Part shown: piece by piece, positions 12,301-26,900 of the stretch | Numbering within the stretch: position 1 is the stretch's first letter | How the letters are laid out: the number at the start of each line of letters is the position of its first letter | Source of the DNA: Octopus vulgaris | Taxonomy: Eukaryota | Assembly (NCBI GenBank): GCA_951406725.2 | Contig: OX597816.1 | Location: forward strand, 101,742,001 to 101,806,000 | Length of the DNA stretch: 64,000 nt | Reading direction: 5' to 3' | Program-made: the position numbers and the translations under genes | Notes under the pieces: generated by a model | The model's database searches: none | Told to the model about the DNA's origin: nothing | What the model saw: only the letters and a program-made list of their open reading frames with translations

Positions 12301-15300
12301 CCAAAATCAATTAGTAGTTTGGCAAAAGATAATGATAGAATAAGTACTAGGCTTACAAAGAATAAATCCTGTGGTCAATTTTTTCAACCAAAGGTGGTGT
12401 CCAGCATGGCCACAGTCACATGACTGAAACAAGTAAAACAATAAAAAACTAATCCCGACCAAATCCAGGTATCTAGTAAATAATAAAAATCAACTTACCC
12501 ATCAAAGCTTCAAAACAGTTGGCCATGGCATGTTTGAGGTCTGATTCATAACATAAATCAGGGCCATGAGCATAGAGCATGAAATCCTGCAGGTGAAGTT
12601 TCTACAAAATATACAAATTGGCATATTCCCTTAGTACTCTTCATACCCATCATCATCAATAATATCTGTCACTTTCACCAACACCACCCTATCATTAGTA
12701 ACCTTCACCACTACAACCAGCTTTATACCATAATCATTTCCACCCACAAATGTCTAAAGTGCTGCAATCAATAACATCATAACCCTCATTATCACCATCA
12801 CCATCAGTCAAAATCATATCATCATCATTAGCATTATAATAATTATGATTGCCATTATCCATAAACAATCTACAAAGTGCTCAGATCTCAAATTAGCTTT
12901 GCATCACAAATCTTCTCATTTTTCAACTCACTAAACTCTTCAGGAATGTCATGGTGGGGAACATTTATTCACAACTTCCCATTTTTGTCTGCCCTGAACT
13001 GCATACATATCATCCTTTAACAGATACTGCTGATTATAAATAATCAAAAAGAAAACAGCAGTGATAGGGTTAGTGTTGGTACTAGCATTGGTAGAGGTGG
13101 TGATGATAACATGTTGTCAACACTAACTATTCAGCCATCAAAATTAAATCAACAAGCCCACAGAGACACTCCTTGCATAACTCTTACAACAAAAATAAGT
13201 CAATTGAAAAGTACAAACTTTTGCTAGAACAGCTAAATGTTGGTTTTGAACTATAGCTGCCCGATATGTTGTGAGACCACCTTCTTCTAAGCCTGGAAAC
13301 ATGAAGAATAAGTGGACGCTGCAAAAGAAAAAACACACAAAAGGATTAACTCAGTAAAGCATATGAAGAAACATTAAGTTTCAATATAGTTTGTTTTGTT
13401 AGAATGGATGGCTGAGTAGAAAGAGCACCAGATAACCAGCAAAGAGATTTTTGTTCTGCATCTTATCACCAAGTATGGCATTTTAATAGAAATAGACTTT
13501 TAATAGAAAGACATGGATTCACCAACATATAAGTAAACAGGTACAACAGGTAAATGGTATAACTAACCCTAACTGTAACTACTGATTTACGACTGGTACT
13601 TTAGAGCAGTTAAACCTGCCTAGCTCTAAGTAGATTCCACAGGAGTGTACAATTCTTGGCTGTAAACAGATACTAAAGATTGGTATATTCCACTTAGTTG
13701 TAAGCAGGCTGAACTGGGGCTAATCAATAAAATCTCATTCTCTCTAGGTTCTCATTCATGTGTTTCAGAGATAAAATCCCATTAAGGCCAAGTTTCCTTT
13801 TTCATGTTTCTAATTACAATTCCACCCACTATGAAACTTGTGATAGTTCAACATCCTTTGTAAAACACATTTATCTTCTATTTTTTTTAAGCTATAAAGC
13901 TGGTAAAAAGCTATGTGATTCAGAAAACAATTGGCATTTGTTGTGGTTTTTTTGTTATTTTTTAGTTTACTATATTGGCTAAACAAACTTCATTCAAAGG
14001 GTCTATCAAATAGAGGTTGTTAGCTCTGTAACATATTGGGTCAAAGCAGCACATTTTTTTCCAACAGATATTGACCCTGTTAAGAATGGCATCAGCTGCA
14101 TAAGTATCACTCCTCTAGAAAGACCTGGAAAGGTTATGAGCACTGCCTCAAAACAAAAACTATTTGGAAACTTTTTCCCAAGCAATTTGCATCTACAAGT
14201 CAGAGTGACAAAACCGATCTCTCTCTCTCTCTCTCTCTCTCACCCAATAAACTCTACACACAACATCAGACTTTGGTACCTGCTTACAGTTAAATGGGTT
14301 GGACAAATGAGAGTTAATTATGAAGCTACTGTCCCTTCGGCTATCAGCCTAATATACTATTGACTCTTATTGTCTGCAATAATTTTAACACCAAGTCTTG
14401 TGCAATGGAGTACCACACTAGATAATTCATTCTGCCTCGAATTGAATGTCCTTGTGAGGGACACAACACTGACCAAGATCTGACTCACTGATCTTGCAGC
14501 CAACTGGCTAGCAGCCTGTCAACCCAACCAGCTATGACCATCAACTATGACACTCTAAAAACAATGTATGAAAATTGATAGTTTACCTTGATAGGAATTC
14601 AACAACAGCATCACCCAGGAACTCCATCCTTTCATTATGAGGTATTTCAGAAGATGTTTCTTCTTTATGTCCCATCCGGGACATGATATCAATGAGAATA
14701 TTGATGCCTGGTCAAAGGAGAAATGAAGAGCAGTTATAAGAAGAGTTTGTGCCAGAGACAGAAAGATGAATACAAATTTTGAGAGAGAATGTAAAATGAT
14801 GTTTTCTATATCATCATCATAATCACCATCATTTAACTTCCGTTGTCCATGCTGGCATGGGTTGGACGGTTTGACTGGGCTGACACACTGGAAGGCTGCG
14901 TCAGGCCCCAGTCTGATTTGGCATGGTTTTCTACAGCTGGATGCCCTTCCTAATGCCAACCACTCTGAGAGTGGTAAAGGGTACTTTTACGTTCCACTGG
15001 CACAGGTGCCATTTGTGCGACACTAGTATCAGCCACGACTGCAATTTTGCTCGGTTCGATGGATGATCTCAAGCACAACATAATGCTAAAGGTCTTGGTC
15101 ATTGCCTTCATGAGGCCCAACACTCAAAAGGAACTCAGCCACCTACCTCGTCTCTGTGAGACCCAGAATTTATCAGTGTAACTGAGAATCATCATCCAGA
15201 CTGATGTAAATCTTCCATACTAGACGTCCCAATCAAGCAATGAGACTTGAATGTCTTGTCTGGGTTTTAGTCACATTAGTCTTACATTAGTCTAGCTGAA

Positions 15301-16294
15301 ATATCTCATCTCCATATGCTACAACTGCAGATGAGAACGCTCATTCACTAACTGAATTGGTTGATCCTGGCCATTGACAGTTTCTCATCAGACAAAAGTA
15401 ACTAAGAATAAGCTGGCTAATTCAATAAGAACTAGTCAAATACTGGAGTTGATTTAACCAAATATACACCCCAACCTAACCATTTACAAATTTTCTGGTG
15501 CAGATCATTAAGGAAGAGGGTAACGAAATCATTAAGGAAGAGGGCAACAATTTGAAAAAAAAATTCTAAGATACCTAGCAGTGTTTAGTTATGTGTCTTT
15601 CTTTACAATTCAATTTTAAAGTCAACTTTATTTTGCATCCAAACAGAGTTGATAAAATAAGTACTATCAACATAATGTGACAGACTCAATTAGCTATACT
15701 TCTCCCCTTCACATTTATAGCCATGTACTAATGTTATAAATCCTTGATTTATCTGAGAGCTTAAATCCCAACAAGACTTACTGTATTTTTCCTCCTTCTT
15801 GGGTCAATAAAATAGGGTAGCAGTGAAGTACTGAACCAATTTAATTAACTAAGCCGCTCCACTAAATTTGTGGTCTCATGTTTATGTTAGAAATCATTAT
15901 TATAACTGAAAAGAGAGCTGTAAATCAGCAATGATTGAGCATCAGACAAAAGGCTTTACAGTAATTAGTTTCATCCTTTTTATATTCTGAGTTCAATTCC
16001 TGCCAGAGTCAATTTTACTTCTCAAAAGTACTTGTAAAATACAGAGTCAGTCTCATAAGAATATAATCTCTCCCCAACAAATCTTGACCTTAACATGCTA
16101 CATGAAGACAATATCTATAGGGGTTTTGACAATATTAAAAGGGTTTTTTCACAAAAGAAATTTCTAAGTTACATTTATGTATTTATTTTGCAATATTCTT
16201 GATGTGAAATCATGTGTTGAAATAGATATTGTTATATTTGGGGATGGTCATCTTTTGCCAATTAAGCACATTAGTTTTATTATCATCATTATTA

Positions 16295-16337
<43 letters not shown>

Positions 16338-19300
16338 GGTGGTGAGCTGACAGAATCATTAGCACACCAGGCGAAATGCATAGTGGCATTTCATCCATCT
16401 TTACATTCTGAGCTAAAATTCCACTGAAGTCAACTTTGTTTTTCATCCTTTCAGAGTTGATAAATTAAGTACCAGTGAAACACTGGAGCCAATATAATTG
16501 ACTAGTTCCCTCTCCACAAATGTCAATCCTTGAACCTTTAGTAGAAAGGATTATTATTAGTTTAGACACACATACAGATACAGGCATAAACACATGCACA
16601 GATAGGGATACATACCACAGAAAGGCAAAATAGAATAGACAAGAGCAGAGAGAAGAGGAAACACAAGGAACAGAAAGCTGAAGAGGAGGTCACAGAATGA
16701 ATGATATAAGAACTCTGACAAATAAACTAATAATAATAATAAAGCTAAAATGAAGATCTGATAAATAGCCCGTGTGTTTAATTGGCAATAGATGACCGTC
16801 CCAAATATAACAAATTGGTAAGTGTTAACTTCAAAAGTCTAGAAATGGTTAATATTCCACAGACCTCTTTTTCTTGTATGAACATAATGTATTTTACGGT
16901 CTCCATATTCCACTTGACGTGAGCCACAGTTGGTCAATGAGTTACGAGCGTGGTCAGGGTTGGTGCCATAGTTCACTCGATAAGAGGTGTGCGTGAGTGC
17001 CAACTGGAAGACAGAGAGAAATGCGTGAAAAAGAGTGCAATAGAATGGTGAGAGTGCAGAGAGCTATACATATACAGAAAGAAGGAGAAAGAAAAGGGGG
17101 AATGAGAGATAGTAATGAAATAAGAGTGTTAGAACTCTAACACATTTAGCATTAGGAAGGGCATCCAAATGTAGAAACCATACCAAATCAGATTGGAACC
17201 TGGTGCAGCTCTCCAGTTTCAGCCAAACTATCTAACACATGCCAGCATAGAAAGCAGATGGTAAATGATGATGATGATAAGAATTCAGAGGTGGAGTGTA
17301 GAATTGATTGTTAACTGATAAGAGAGAGATCAAATTGTTAACTATGCGAGATCAAATCTTCCTCAAGAACATCACAAAACAACAGAGAATCATTGTTGTC
17401 ATTATTCTACACCTGTTTCTCTTTGCTTGTATGTGTCCAATCCATTAATTTAACATGCCCCTTCCATATTTCTCAATTAATGCAAGTTATGTGAAATACC
17501 ATATAACTGATTCCTGATCTTTCAATAGTTTCTCATCAATATTTCTCATTCTTGTACTCATTAGTATCCATGTTGCTGTTGTTAATGTTATTTATCCCAC
17601 CAATCAGCGCTGATCAAGCAGATCTACAACCAAAAGCATTCAAAGCATTCCAGCTGCAACCATCTCGTTTCATTATTTAGGCATTTGCTTATCTAACATG
17701 TCCTACATATATTTTAAGACAGTAGGGAGAATTTGACTGTTACTTGTAGCACAGAGACACCTTCAATGCACTCACCGACTTGCTAGTAACATATGGCTAT
17801 ATCATAAAAGATAAAAGACAAAGAAACCAAAAACATAACTCAAAATCAACCATCAAGATTTTTAAACTGCAGAATGTTATAATCTGTTCATACAGAGGTT
17901 GTAAAACAAAGAAATAAACTACACCTACCTGTAGCAGACTGCGGTCACTGAATTTATAGCCTAAATAACCTTCAAGAATGGCCAAAGACTTATGGAATCG
18001 TAGGTGACATAACAAAACAGGTAATAACATGACATGCTGAAAAGAAAGGAAAAAGAATAGTTTTTATAAGTCAATTCATACTTTTTAGTATACTTCTGAT
18101 GATGATTTAACAAAGTAAGGTATTGGAGTGGTAAAATGGATAAAGGTGCCAAACAAAATGCTTTGTGGTATTTAGATATATCATTTTATGTTCTGAGTTG
18201 AAATCCCTCTCAGCCATTTTCACTTTTCATTTGTCTGGTGAGTCAACAATTAAGTACCATGGGTGGGTCTCATGGAAGAGGGAGAAGACATGAGGTACTG
18301 AAGGACAATCTTAGGATGCTGATCCTTTCAGACATGATGACAAATGACTAAGATGCCAGGCACCTTGCTGTACTCAAGAAGACCTGTCCACCACAATAGA
18401 AGTGTTAAGGCCACTTCGCTTGAAGAGGATTGACCAGCAAAAGTCCTGTGCTGGTAACACATAAAAAGCACTTGTGTTGGTGCCACGTAAAAGTGCTCAT
18501 GCTGGTGCCATGTTGCAAGCACCCAGCACACACTGTGAAGTGATTAGTATCAAGAAGGGCATCCAGCTGTAGAAGCCAAGCCAAATTAGACTGGAACCTG
18601 GTGCAATTTCCCAGCTTGCCAGTTCTGGTCAAGCCATCCAATCCATGCCAGCATGGAAAACAGACATTAAGGGATGAGAATGCTGATGTACCAAACAAAA
18701 TGCTTTATAGTATTTAGATACAACCTTTTATGCCCTGAGTTCAAATCCCTCTCGGTGATCTTCACTTTTCATTTATCTGGTGAGTCAACAATTGAGTAAG
18801 TACCACAAATATACTGGATCACATGAAGTAAGAGCTGATAGCACATACCTGACACACATCAGACTTGATACCAGTTCGGATAAAACCTTCACTGCTGATT
18901 TCCACAGTCACTTCTCTTTTCATTGTACTGAAAAACAAAGAGGACTTGCTTAATAATTATTAACACTAACCACCATAAAGATTTCTTTTTGTTTTTGTTT
19001 TATTTTCATTCTATGCTATCAGCTTTGCTACAAGAAATTGCTAGCTTCTCACTCAACTATTCTCCATTCCTGGGAAAACATACTGCAAGAAGGCCTTCAT
19101 CACCCTTTCCATAGTACAACAAAGCCAGTTCCCAAAGCTAGAAAAAAAGAGAGAGAAGCAGAGGGAGAGAAGAAACGACTCTAATATCTGACTAATATTT
19201 AATTAGTGATGCCTTGAAAGACAAAAGACAAAGTTGATTTAGGAAGGGTCTAAGGATAGAGCACAGAAAGCCAAAACAAATCCTGAAAACCAATCTGTTC

Positions 19301-22300
19301 AATGCTCTGACACTATCAATTCCATAACTACTCACTGCAAGCCACCAAACTATTAATACTACTGCCGTAATCACTGTACATACTACTGTAATCACTGTAA
19401 ACCACCAAACTATTATTAACATGTCAGTACTTTAAACCACAAAACAATTCTCAGTGATGTGTATCCTAATTTTTAAAACAGGCATGCTGTGTCCCTGCTT
19501 GTGAGAGGCAGCTAACAGATCTGGCATAGGGAAGAGTCTTTGGCCATACTCAACACATGCCAGCATGAAAAAGCAGACAAATGATGATGGTGGTGGTGGT
19601 GGTGGTAGTAGTAGTGGTGGTGGTGGAGTGGTGGCAGTAGTAGTGGTGGTGGTGGTGGTGTAGGTGTATTTGTTGATGATGATGATGTAGCCATCATAAA
19701 CTACCACACTGGCCAACAACTTTAATTCTGGTTGACATCACTTCAATCACCACTACACCTTAACCTTTGACACATCAACTAGTACTATAAAAAAGAGACA
19801 ATAACATCACTATAGTTGCTGCTACGACTCTCATAACATCCCTACAGTCACTGCCATGCACCACATCCACCACTACTACACCACCACTGTCAACATCACA
19901 CCACCACACCCATCATCATACACCCACAGAGACCATCATCTGGCCCTTCATCTTTCGCCACAAGATAAGTAAAATTAGAATTAAAATAAAACTGAAATTT
20001 TCAAAAATCTAACTCACCTTTTGAGTCGCAATTGCTGTAGAAATTCTTCCTTCATCTGTAATTTGTTTTTATCTGCATATGTTACTTTTGGTTTGCTCGT
20101 TAGCAGGTGTTTATACTTCACATATTGTTTCCAGGCTTTCTGATAACTGTAGAATAAGAAAATGAAAGTATATTATGAGAGAAATTGGGAGATGAACAAA
20201 GACATGCCAATAGAGCTACAGTTTTAACAATACCCAGATGTGTTCTCATTACATTTTATACTCAAATTCAAATGATCTGTCATCTATCTGAGCATCCATC
20301 TCATCAACCCAGAAATTTCTAGAGAAACAGTTTAATGCATTGAGGAGTGAATTCTGTCTTAGAAGAATGATAGGCAGCATTAACATGAGCATGGTTTGGA
20401 CAAAGAATATAATGAAAATAAAACTGTATTTAGTCTTATAATAAAGTGTAATGAGAGTATAATGGTCTGGCTCTAACTTCATAATTGGAAAGCCAACCAC
20501 TGTGGAAAAAAACATATCCTCATCATTAGTTTAATATATTTTCCATGTTGAAACAGGCTAGATAGGTATGCAAACAGCGTATCTTCAGTTATCTAAATAC
20601 TGAGTCATCTGTTTTATAAGTATACTTAGAACTAACCTCACCTTTATTGGTGAGCATACTCAGTACTTTATTAGTCAGCTTACTCAGAACTAACCTCACC
20701 TTTATTGGTGAGCATATTCAGAACTTAATTGGTCAGCATACTAAGAATTAACATCACTTTTATAGGTACTCACTATATCTGATACCTCCTACCATTAGCT
20801 ATTAATACATTTTCTCATTCATTCACATCACAAGCCTATCCATATCAATTACTTCAGCTTTCCTGTAAACAGCAACTGATGTCCTCAATGCCAAGTAACC
20901 TTTCCAACTCATTTGTACTCAGCCTTTTGTGTAAATTTACACTGCACACTTATGAAATTACAGTTAGCTCATTTCTCTCCAATGCTTATTGTTATTCTAG
21001 GACTTATTCATGTCTCACCACCTTAAAACATTAGTTCAATCTAACAATATGCAAAATTGTCAAAAAGATTTTTTTCATTTTAAAAAATTGTTACAGTTCT
21101 TAGAAAGAAGGGAAAAGGTCAAATAAATCAACACAACATATTAGTAGCACTCATTTTATACCAAGAGGTATAAAAAGTAAATCAGCCCTGATGAGATTTG
21201 AACACAGAATGCATAAGGCATTTACTATTTCTTAATGAGAATAATTAACCACTTTTATTAACATGCTTTAGCTGATATTTGAAAAGTTGTTCATACTTAG
21301 GGTCACCGGCATAACTGAGCTGTGCTGGACGTATACCAAAATGAATGATGAGAGGATATGTGATCACATCTGGTTTTAACTGCTGCCGATCAAGTTGGTC
21401 AACACGGATAGAACTTGGTTTCTGAAACAGAGAATAGTTACACATCTAAAGTCTGTGGAGCAACTATGTGTTGGTCATGTTGCTGATATTATGTTAAATA
21501 TTTGTGATGGCATAAGTGTAATAAGGCTGTGATTTCAAAGTATGTGTGACAGTATTACAACTATCGTATGACACATACACACAAACACATGTATATATAT
21601 ATATATATGTGTGTGTGTATATGTGTGTGTGTGTAATATATATATATATAAACAATGAACTTCTTTCACTTTCCACTGACCAAATCTGCTCACAAAACTT
21701 TGATTGGCCCAAAGTTATAGAAGAACACACTTACCCATAGCGCTGCACAGTGAGACTGACCTAAAATTATGTGGTTAGTAAGCAAGCTTCTTAATCACAC
21801 AGTCATGCCTGCACCCATACAGACTCTATGGTCCCATATCAGGAGTTGCTTGTGTGAAAGCCAAGTGTTCTAACCTCAAAACACTGCTAATAATATTGAT
21901 GGTCACTAATAAATTTTCCTTCCCTCATATTTAATTCTAGTTAGCTTTTTAATGCTCCAAGCACTAAATATATAAATACTAAATTCACTGTTTATAAACA
22001 ATTCTATTTTCCTATACCAGCAAAGGTACAATCTTATATAGTTAAATAGTGAATCTTTCAACATTAGTTTGGTAAGTATGCTGCAAGATATGCTTTACTG
22101 AGGAGGAAAGAATAAAACTGAAACCCATCTGGAGTTGTAGCCCGTACTGAACATCATATTAGTCATTGGTATAATTATTTCAACTTCGCTCTTTAATACT
22201 TAATGTAATGAATATCTTAACACTAACTTACCTAAAATTTTTCATGTTGATAGTGTCTTTGTATTATTTTATAACAATAATAATACTTTCTACTAAAGGC

Positions 22301-23950
22301 ACAAAGCCTGAAATCTTGAGGGCAGTGGCAAGTCATTACATCAACCCCAGTGCTCAACTGGTACTTATTTTATCAACCCCAAAAAGATGAATGGCAAAGC
22401 TGACCTCAGAGGAATTTGAACTCAGAACATAAAGACAGACAAAATGCTTAGAGGCATTTTGTCCAGCATACTAACAATTCTGCCAGCTCATAGCTTTCAT
22501 AATAATAACAACAACAACAATAATAATTAATAACACTACTAACCATTCCAGGTTTACTGACAATCATACCTCGAACTTCATCTACCAAGTTCTGCCACTC
22601 ATTGTTGTCATATTTAAGAAGCTGAGCCAGTTCCGTCTCTTCCAGAAGAGGCTTGGAACTGCCCAACAAATACAGCAGTACTTCATTCATTGACAAAATT
22701 TCTTTACCATTGTCTGCAACAGAATACAAAAAGAATACACACTAAATTTACAAAACGAAAACATCAATAATTTCTTTCATAGGTACAAGGTCACAAATTA
22801 GGTGGAAGGAATAATCAGTCAATGAAAGTGATCCCAGTGATGAAAGGCAAAGTTGACATCTACAAGATATGAGCTCAGATAATAAAGAGCCAGAAGAAAT
22901 ACCACAATATATTTTGTCCAACACTCAAACAATTCTGCCAATCCACATGCTTAATAAGGCCACAAATTCTGGGTGAGGGAACTGTGAATTATATCAACAC
23001 CATATTTGAGACCTATTGTATTTTATCAACCCCTAAAAGATGAAAGGAAAAGTCATCCTCCACAAGACAGAATATTCAAAATCAGAACATAAAGGGACAC
23101 AACTAAATAGTTCATCTGATGTAATCCAATGCTCTATTGATTCTGTCACCCTACTGTGCTCATTTCTTTGAATGTCACAGGATGAAAGATGGGACTGATG
23201 GTGGATTACAAGCACAGCAGTGAGGTAATATAAAGATAACATTACAGTAGAAGACATCTTCTCACACATACATGCTCTCATATATACACATGTTCACATA
23301 CTCACAAAAAATATCATAAGACCATCAAACCACCAATTAAGCTCTCTTCTTTCTCTGTTCCACAAAATAAGCAGCAACATCATCATTACCATTATCAATA
23401 ACAAGAGGAGAAATCTGATAAAATAGTTGAGAAATAAAGGAAGCTGAGTAACTGCAAACTCACCTGGCAATTCGCGTGCAAACCGAGGCATAAGATGAAA
23501 CCTACTACAACTGATTTCATTTCCGGGGCCTTTCCAGTCCAAATCTACAAGTTCTAGGATCTCATTAAAGAGGAAATGACACACTTGATCCAGGGACCGA
23601 ACAGTGAAATTCTGCAGCACAAGAAAAATGAAATAAACAAAGAGAAACTGTAAAGAAACAGCTAACTTAGATTAAAATTTTTAAGATGCATTCATATTCA
23701 ATGGTTACCTCATATTTGATGTAACCATTACTTTATCCGTTTTCAGGGTTGAGAGGAAGTAAACAATAGCAAAAACCAGCACTATTTGCTGCTTTTCTTC
23801 TTTTTTAAATATACATATTCTTTATTATATATACAGGTATGGCTGTGTGGTAAGTAGCTTGCTTACCAACCACATGGTTCCAGGTTCAGTCCCACTGCAT
23901 GGCACCTTTAGCAAGTGTCGTCTACTATAACCTCAGGCTAGCCCATCGTA

Positions 23951-23999
<49 letters not shown>

Positions 24000-26900
24000 T
24001 GTGTCTCTCTCTCTCTCTCTCTCTCTGTTTTTGTACCTCCAACATCGCTTGACAACCAATGCTGGTGTGACCAACAGAACAAGTACTAGGCTTACAAAGA
24101 ATAAGTTCTGGGGTCGATTTGCTCAACTAAAAGTGGTACTCCATCATGGCTGCAGTCAAATGATGAAACAAAAGTGTAAAAGGGTATTTGCTTAGATAAA
24201 GAAGAGTGTGGTGCCCATGACGTTTGCAATCCTCCTTAGACTGGTTAGTTGTTCTACAGAAACTGGGTGGGGAGAAACCCCAGATGACAGAGATGATTGT
24301 CAATGGCTGTTGCTATTACATCATCATCATCATTTAACGTCAGCCTTCCATGCTGGCATGGGTGGGACTACTGTAATGTTGTAAAACACAACACTATCAT
24401 GTAGGTGTGGAGTGGTATGAGTTTTCCCTTTTTGATACCTATGTATAAAGGGAAGTGAAAATAGATGGAGTAAAAAGAACATAATTTGGAAAGGGTTTTG
24501 TTGTGTCTGTGTGTGCATCAAACAGTTATATCCAGCAGTTTTTACAAAAGGCACAAGGCTTGAAATCTTGAGGGCAGTGGCAAGTTATTACATCAATCCC
24601 AGTGCTCAACTGGTATTTATTTTATCAACCCCAAAAGGAAGAAAGGCAAAGCTGACCTCAGTGGAATTTGAACTCAAAACCATTGGGTATATCTACCAGA
24701 TTTATTGACCAAGTCTATCTTGAACCATTGCTTGCTAAAAACACCAGTTAAATTCAACTCAGACCATATCTTATCTTCTTCAAAAAGAACACATTGAATA
24801 CTGCATTCTATGAAAATAGATAGAGTAATCATAGTTGGACTGCATTATCATAATACTGCTAGATCAAAGCTAGTTTGGAATTAAACAATATCAACAAATA
24901 ATTGTCTCAACTATTTTGATGCTTTCTTTTGGTTTTCAGTGCTTACCAAGAGCAAATTAAAGTTGTTATAATGTTTTGATTTATCTGACAAACTATAAAA
25001 ATAGCTGAGGCTCATCTGATCGATCTTGAGATTTAATACGATTAGTTGGCAAGAAAAAACTTGATATCAAGATATCTGATTTAATAATTCAATGTTTTCA
25101 AATCAAATTAGAGTTTCTGAAGTAAATACCTGGGACATATTGGATACCAATTCCTAACAAATATAAAAAGATAGCCTAGTGCCTAATCCAAAAGAAATCT
25201 TCACAAAGAATGGGGATATAATGTCGAATCCCCTTTCTGTGACTACAGAGCTTTCTAAATTATGGGTTACCAGCTTGTTTGTGTATTATTGGATAATTTG
25301 ATAAATAATATGAAGAATGTGCAAGACTGCATAAAAAAGTGGTAGGTTTTGATAAAGACATAAAACAATAATATGGATGTCACATGAGAAAACTGGTATA
25401 AACAACAGTGAAGAAAAGTAATTGTTAAAAAATACAAAATAAACTCACCTCTGGCATTTTCTCCTCAAAAAAATGGATTGTGTATTCAATATTGAATCGG
25501 ATCACTTTACAAACAGGAACCTAATAGAAAGTAGAATATGAGATCACAGATTTATCCAGTATATCTCATGAGACTGCTACTTCTTTCAGCAAATCCCTAC
25601 ATCAAACATCACATACAATCTTTCACCTCAGAAGACATTATAATCTATTCATAACCTCTTCTTACATTTGCATTTTGCCTATCTTGCATTTTGCCTATCT
25701 TACAACTTTCAATAATTTCCAACTACTTTCATACACAAATATCTTTCAAGAAAAGACAATAGTGACACATCAGAATCAACAAAAAACACTCCTACATACA
25801 GAGTCAACCTGCTTAACAATTCAACAATATACAATATTATGAGCCGACAACAGAGATACCACATGGTCACCCAATATGCTACAAATAGCAGTCAAATTTC
25901 TCTCAAAATCACACCCCACCATCTTAAAAAAAAAGGACACATTTGCTAATGAACTTCTACATAACTCTAAAAACAGGATGAACATTGCTGGATAAACTTC
26001 AGTCATAAATTTATTCAATCAGGATTGACCAGAATCTAAACAACAACAGCAAACAATACTAACGCATAACATTAACTGAAAGACAACACAACTTACGTTC
26101 TCTAACTGGTAATGAGAAAGAAGAGAAAATCCTTCAAAGATATATTCATGATTATCATGCTCAATGATGGTGGGGTTTTTACTCTGAAAAGAAAGGAGAC
26201 ATATCAATTATTAAGATATCAACATTATCAATAATGAAAAGCAAAAGCTGAATAAGAATGGTGATAAAAGCTATATATAATAATATAGTTCCTGATATAC
26301 AAAAGATGAGATTAACAGGTCTTACATCATAGTTTTGTTTGATTATGATTGAACTGGGAACACACAACAATAATAAATCCCCTTCTTTCCACTTCACCAC
26401 CTGGTTCATTACTATGCACACATACATGCCAAGTACAGAAACATTTCCAGTTGTTTCAAACTAACAAGGCCACCACCCCAGACAATTTTGCTTCTATTTT
26501 ACTGAAATAATGTGTCCCACAGCTAACCCCTATCCTCACCAAACTTTTTCATTTTTCTCTTCCTCAACAGAAGTATAACCCAATTACTGGAAACATACTA
26601 TAGTGCATCACATTTCTAAAAAAAGGCAACCTCTCTCATCCTGCCAACTACCATTTTCTCACACACACTTCCACTATCAATAACAACTATGACACTTCAC
26701 CTATTGTTGCTATGGCAATTATAAGTGGTCCTGAGTTCCAAGTTCCACCATAATAAGCTTTGCATATCATCCTTCCCGAGTCAATAAATAAAGTACTAGT
26801 TAAGGGCAGTGTACTAGCAGAATCCTATCCTGACATAGGCTACTTGGGTGGCAAAATTAATCCATTACCTAAATCATTAGCTTGTCTTTGGATGCCATTA

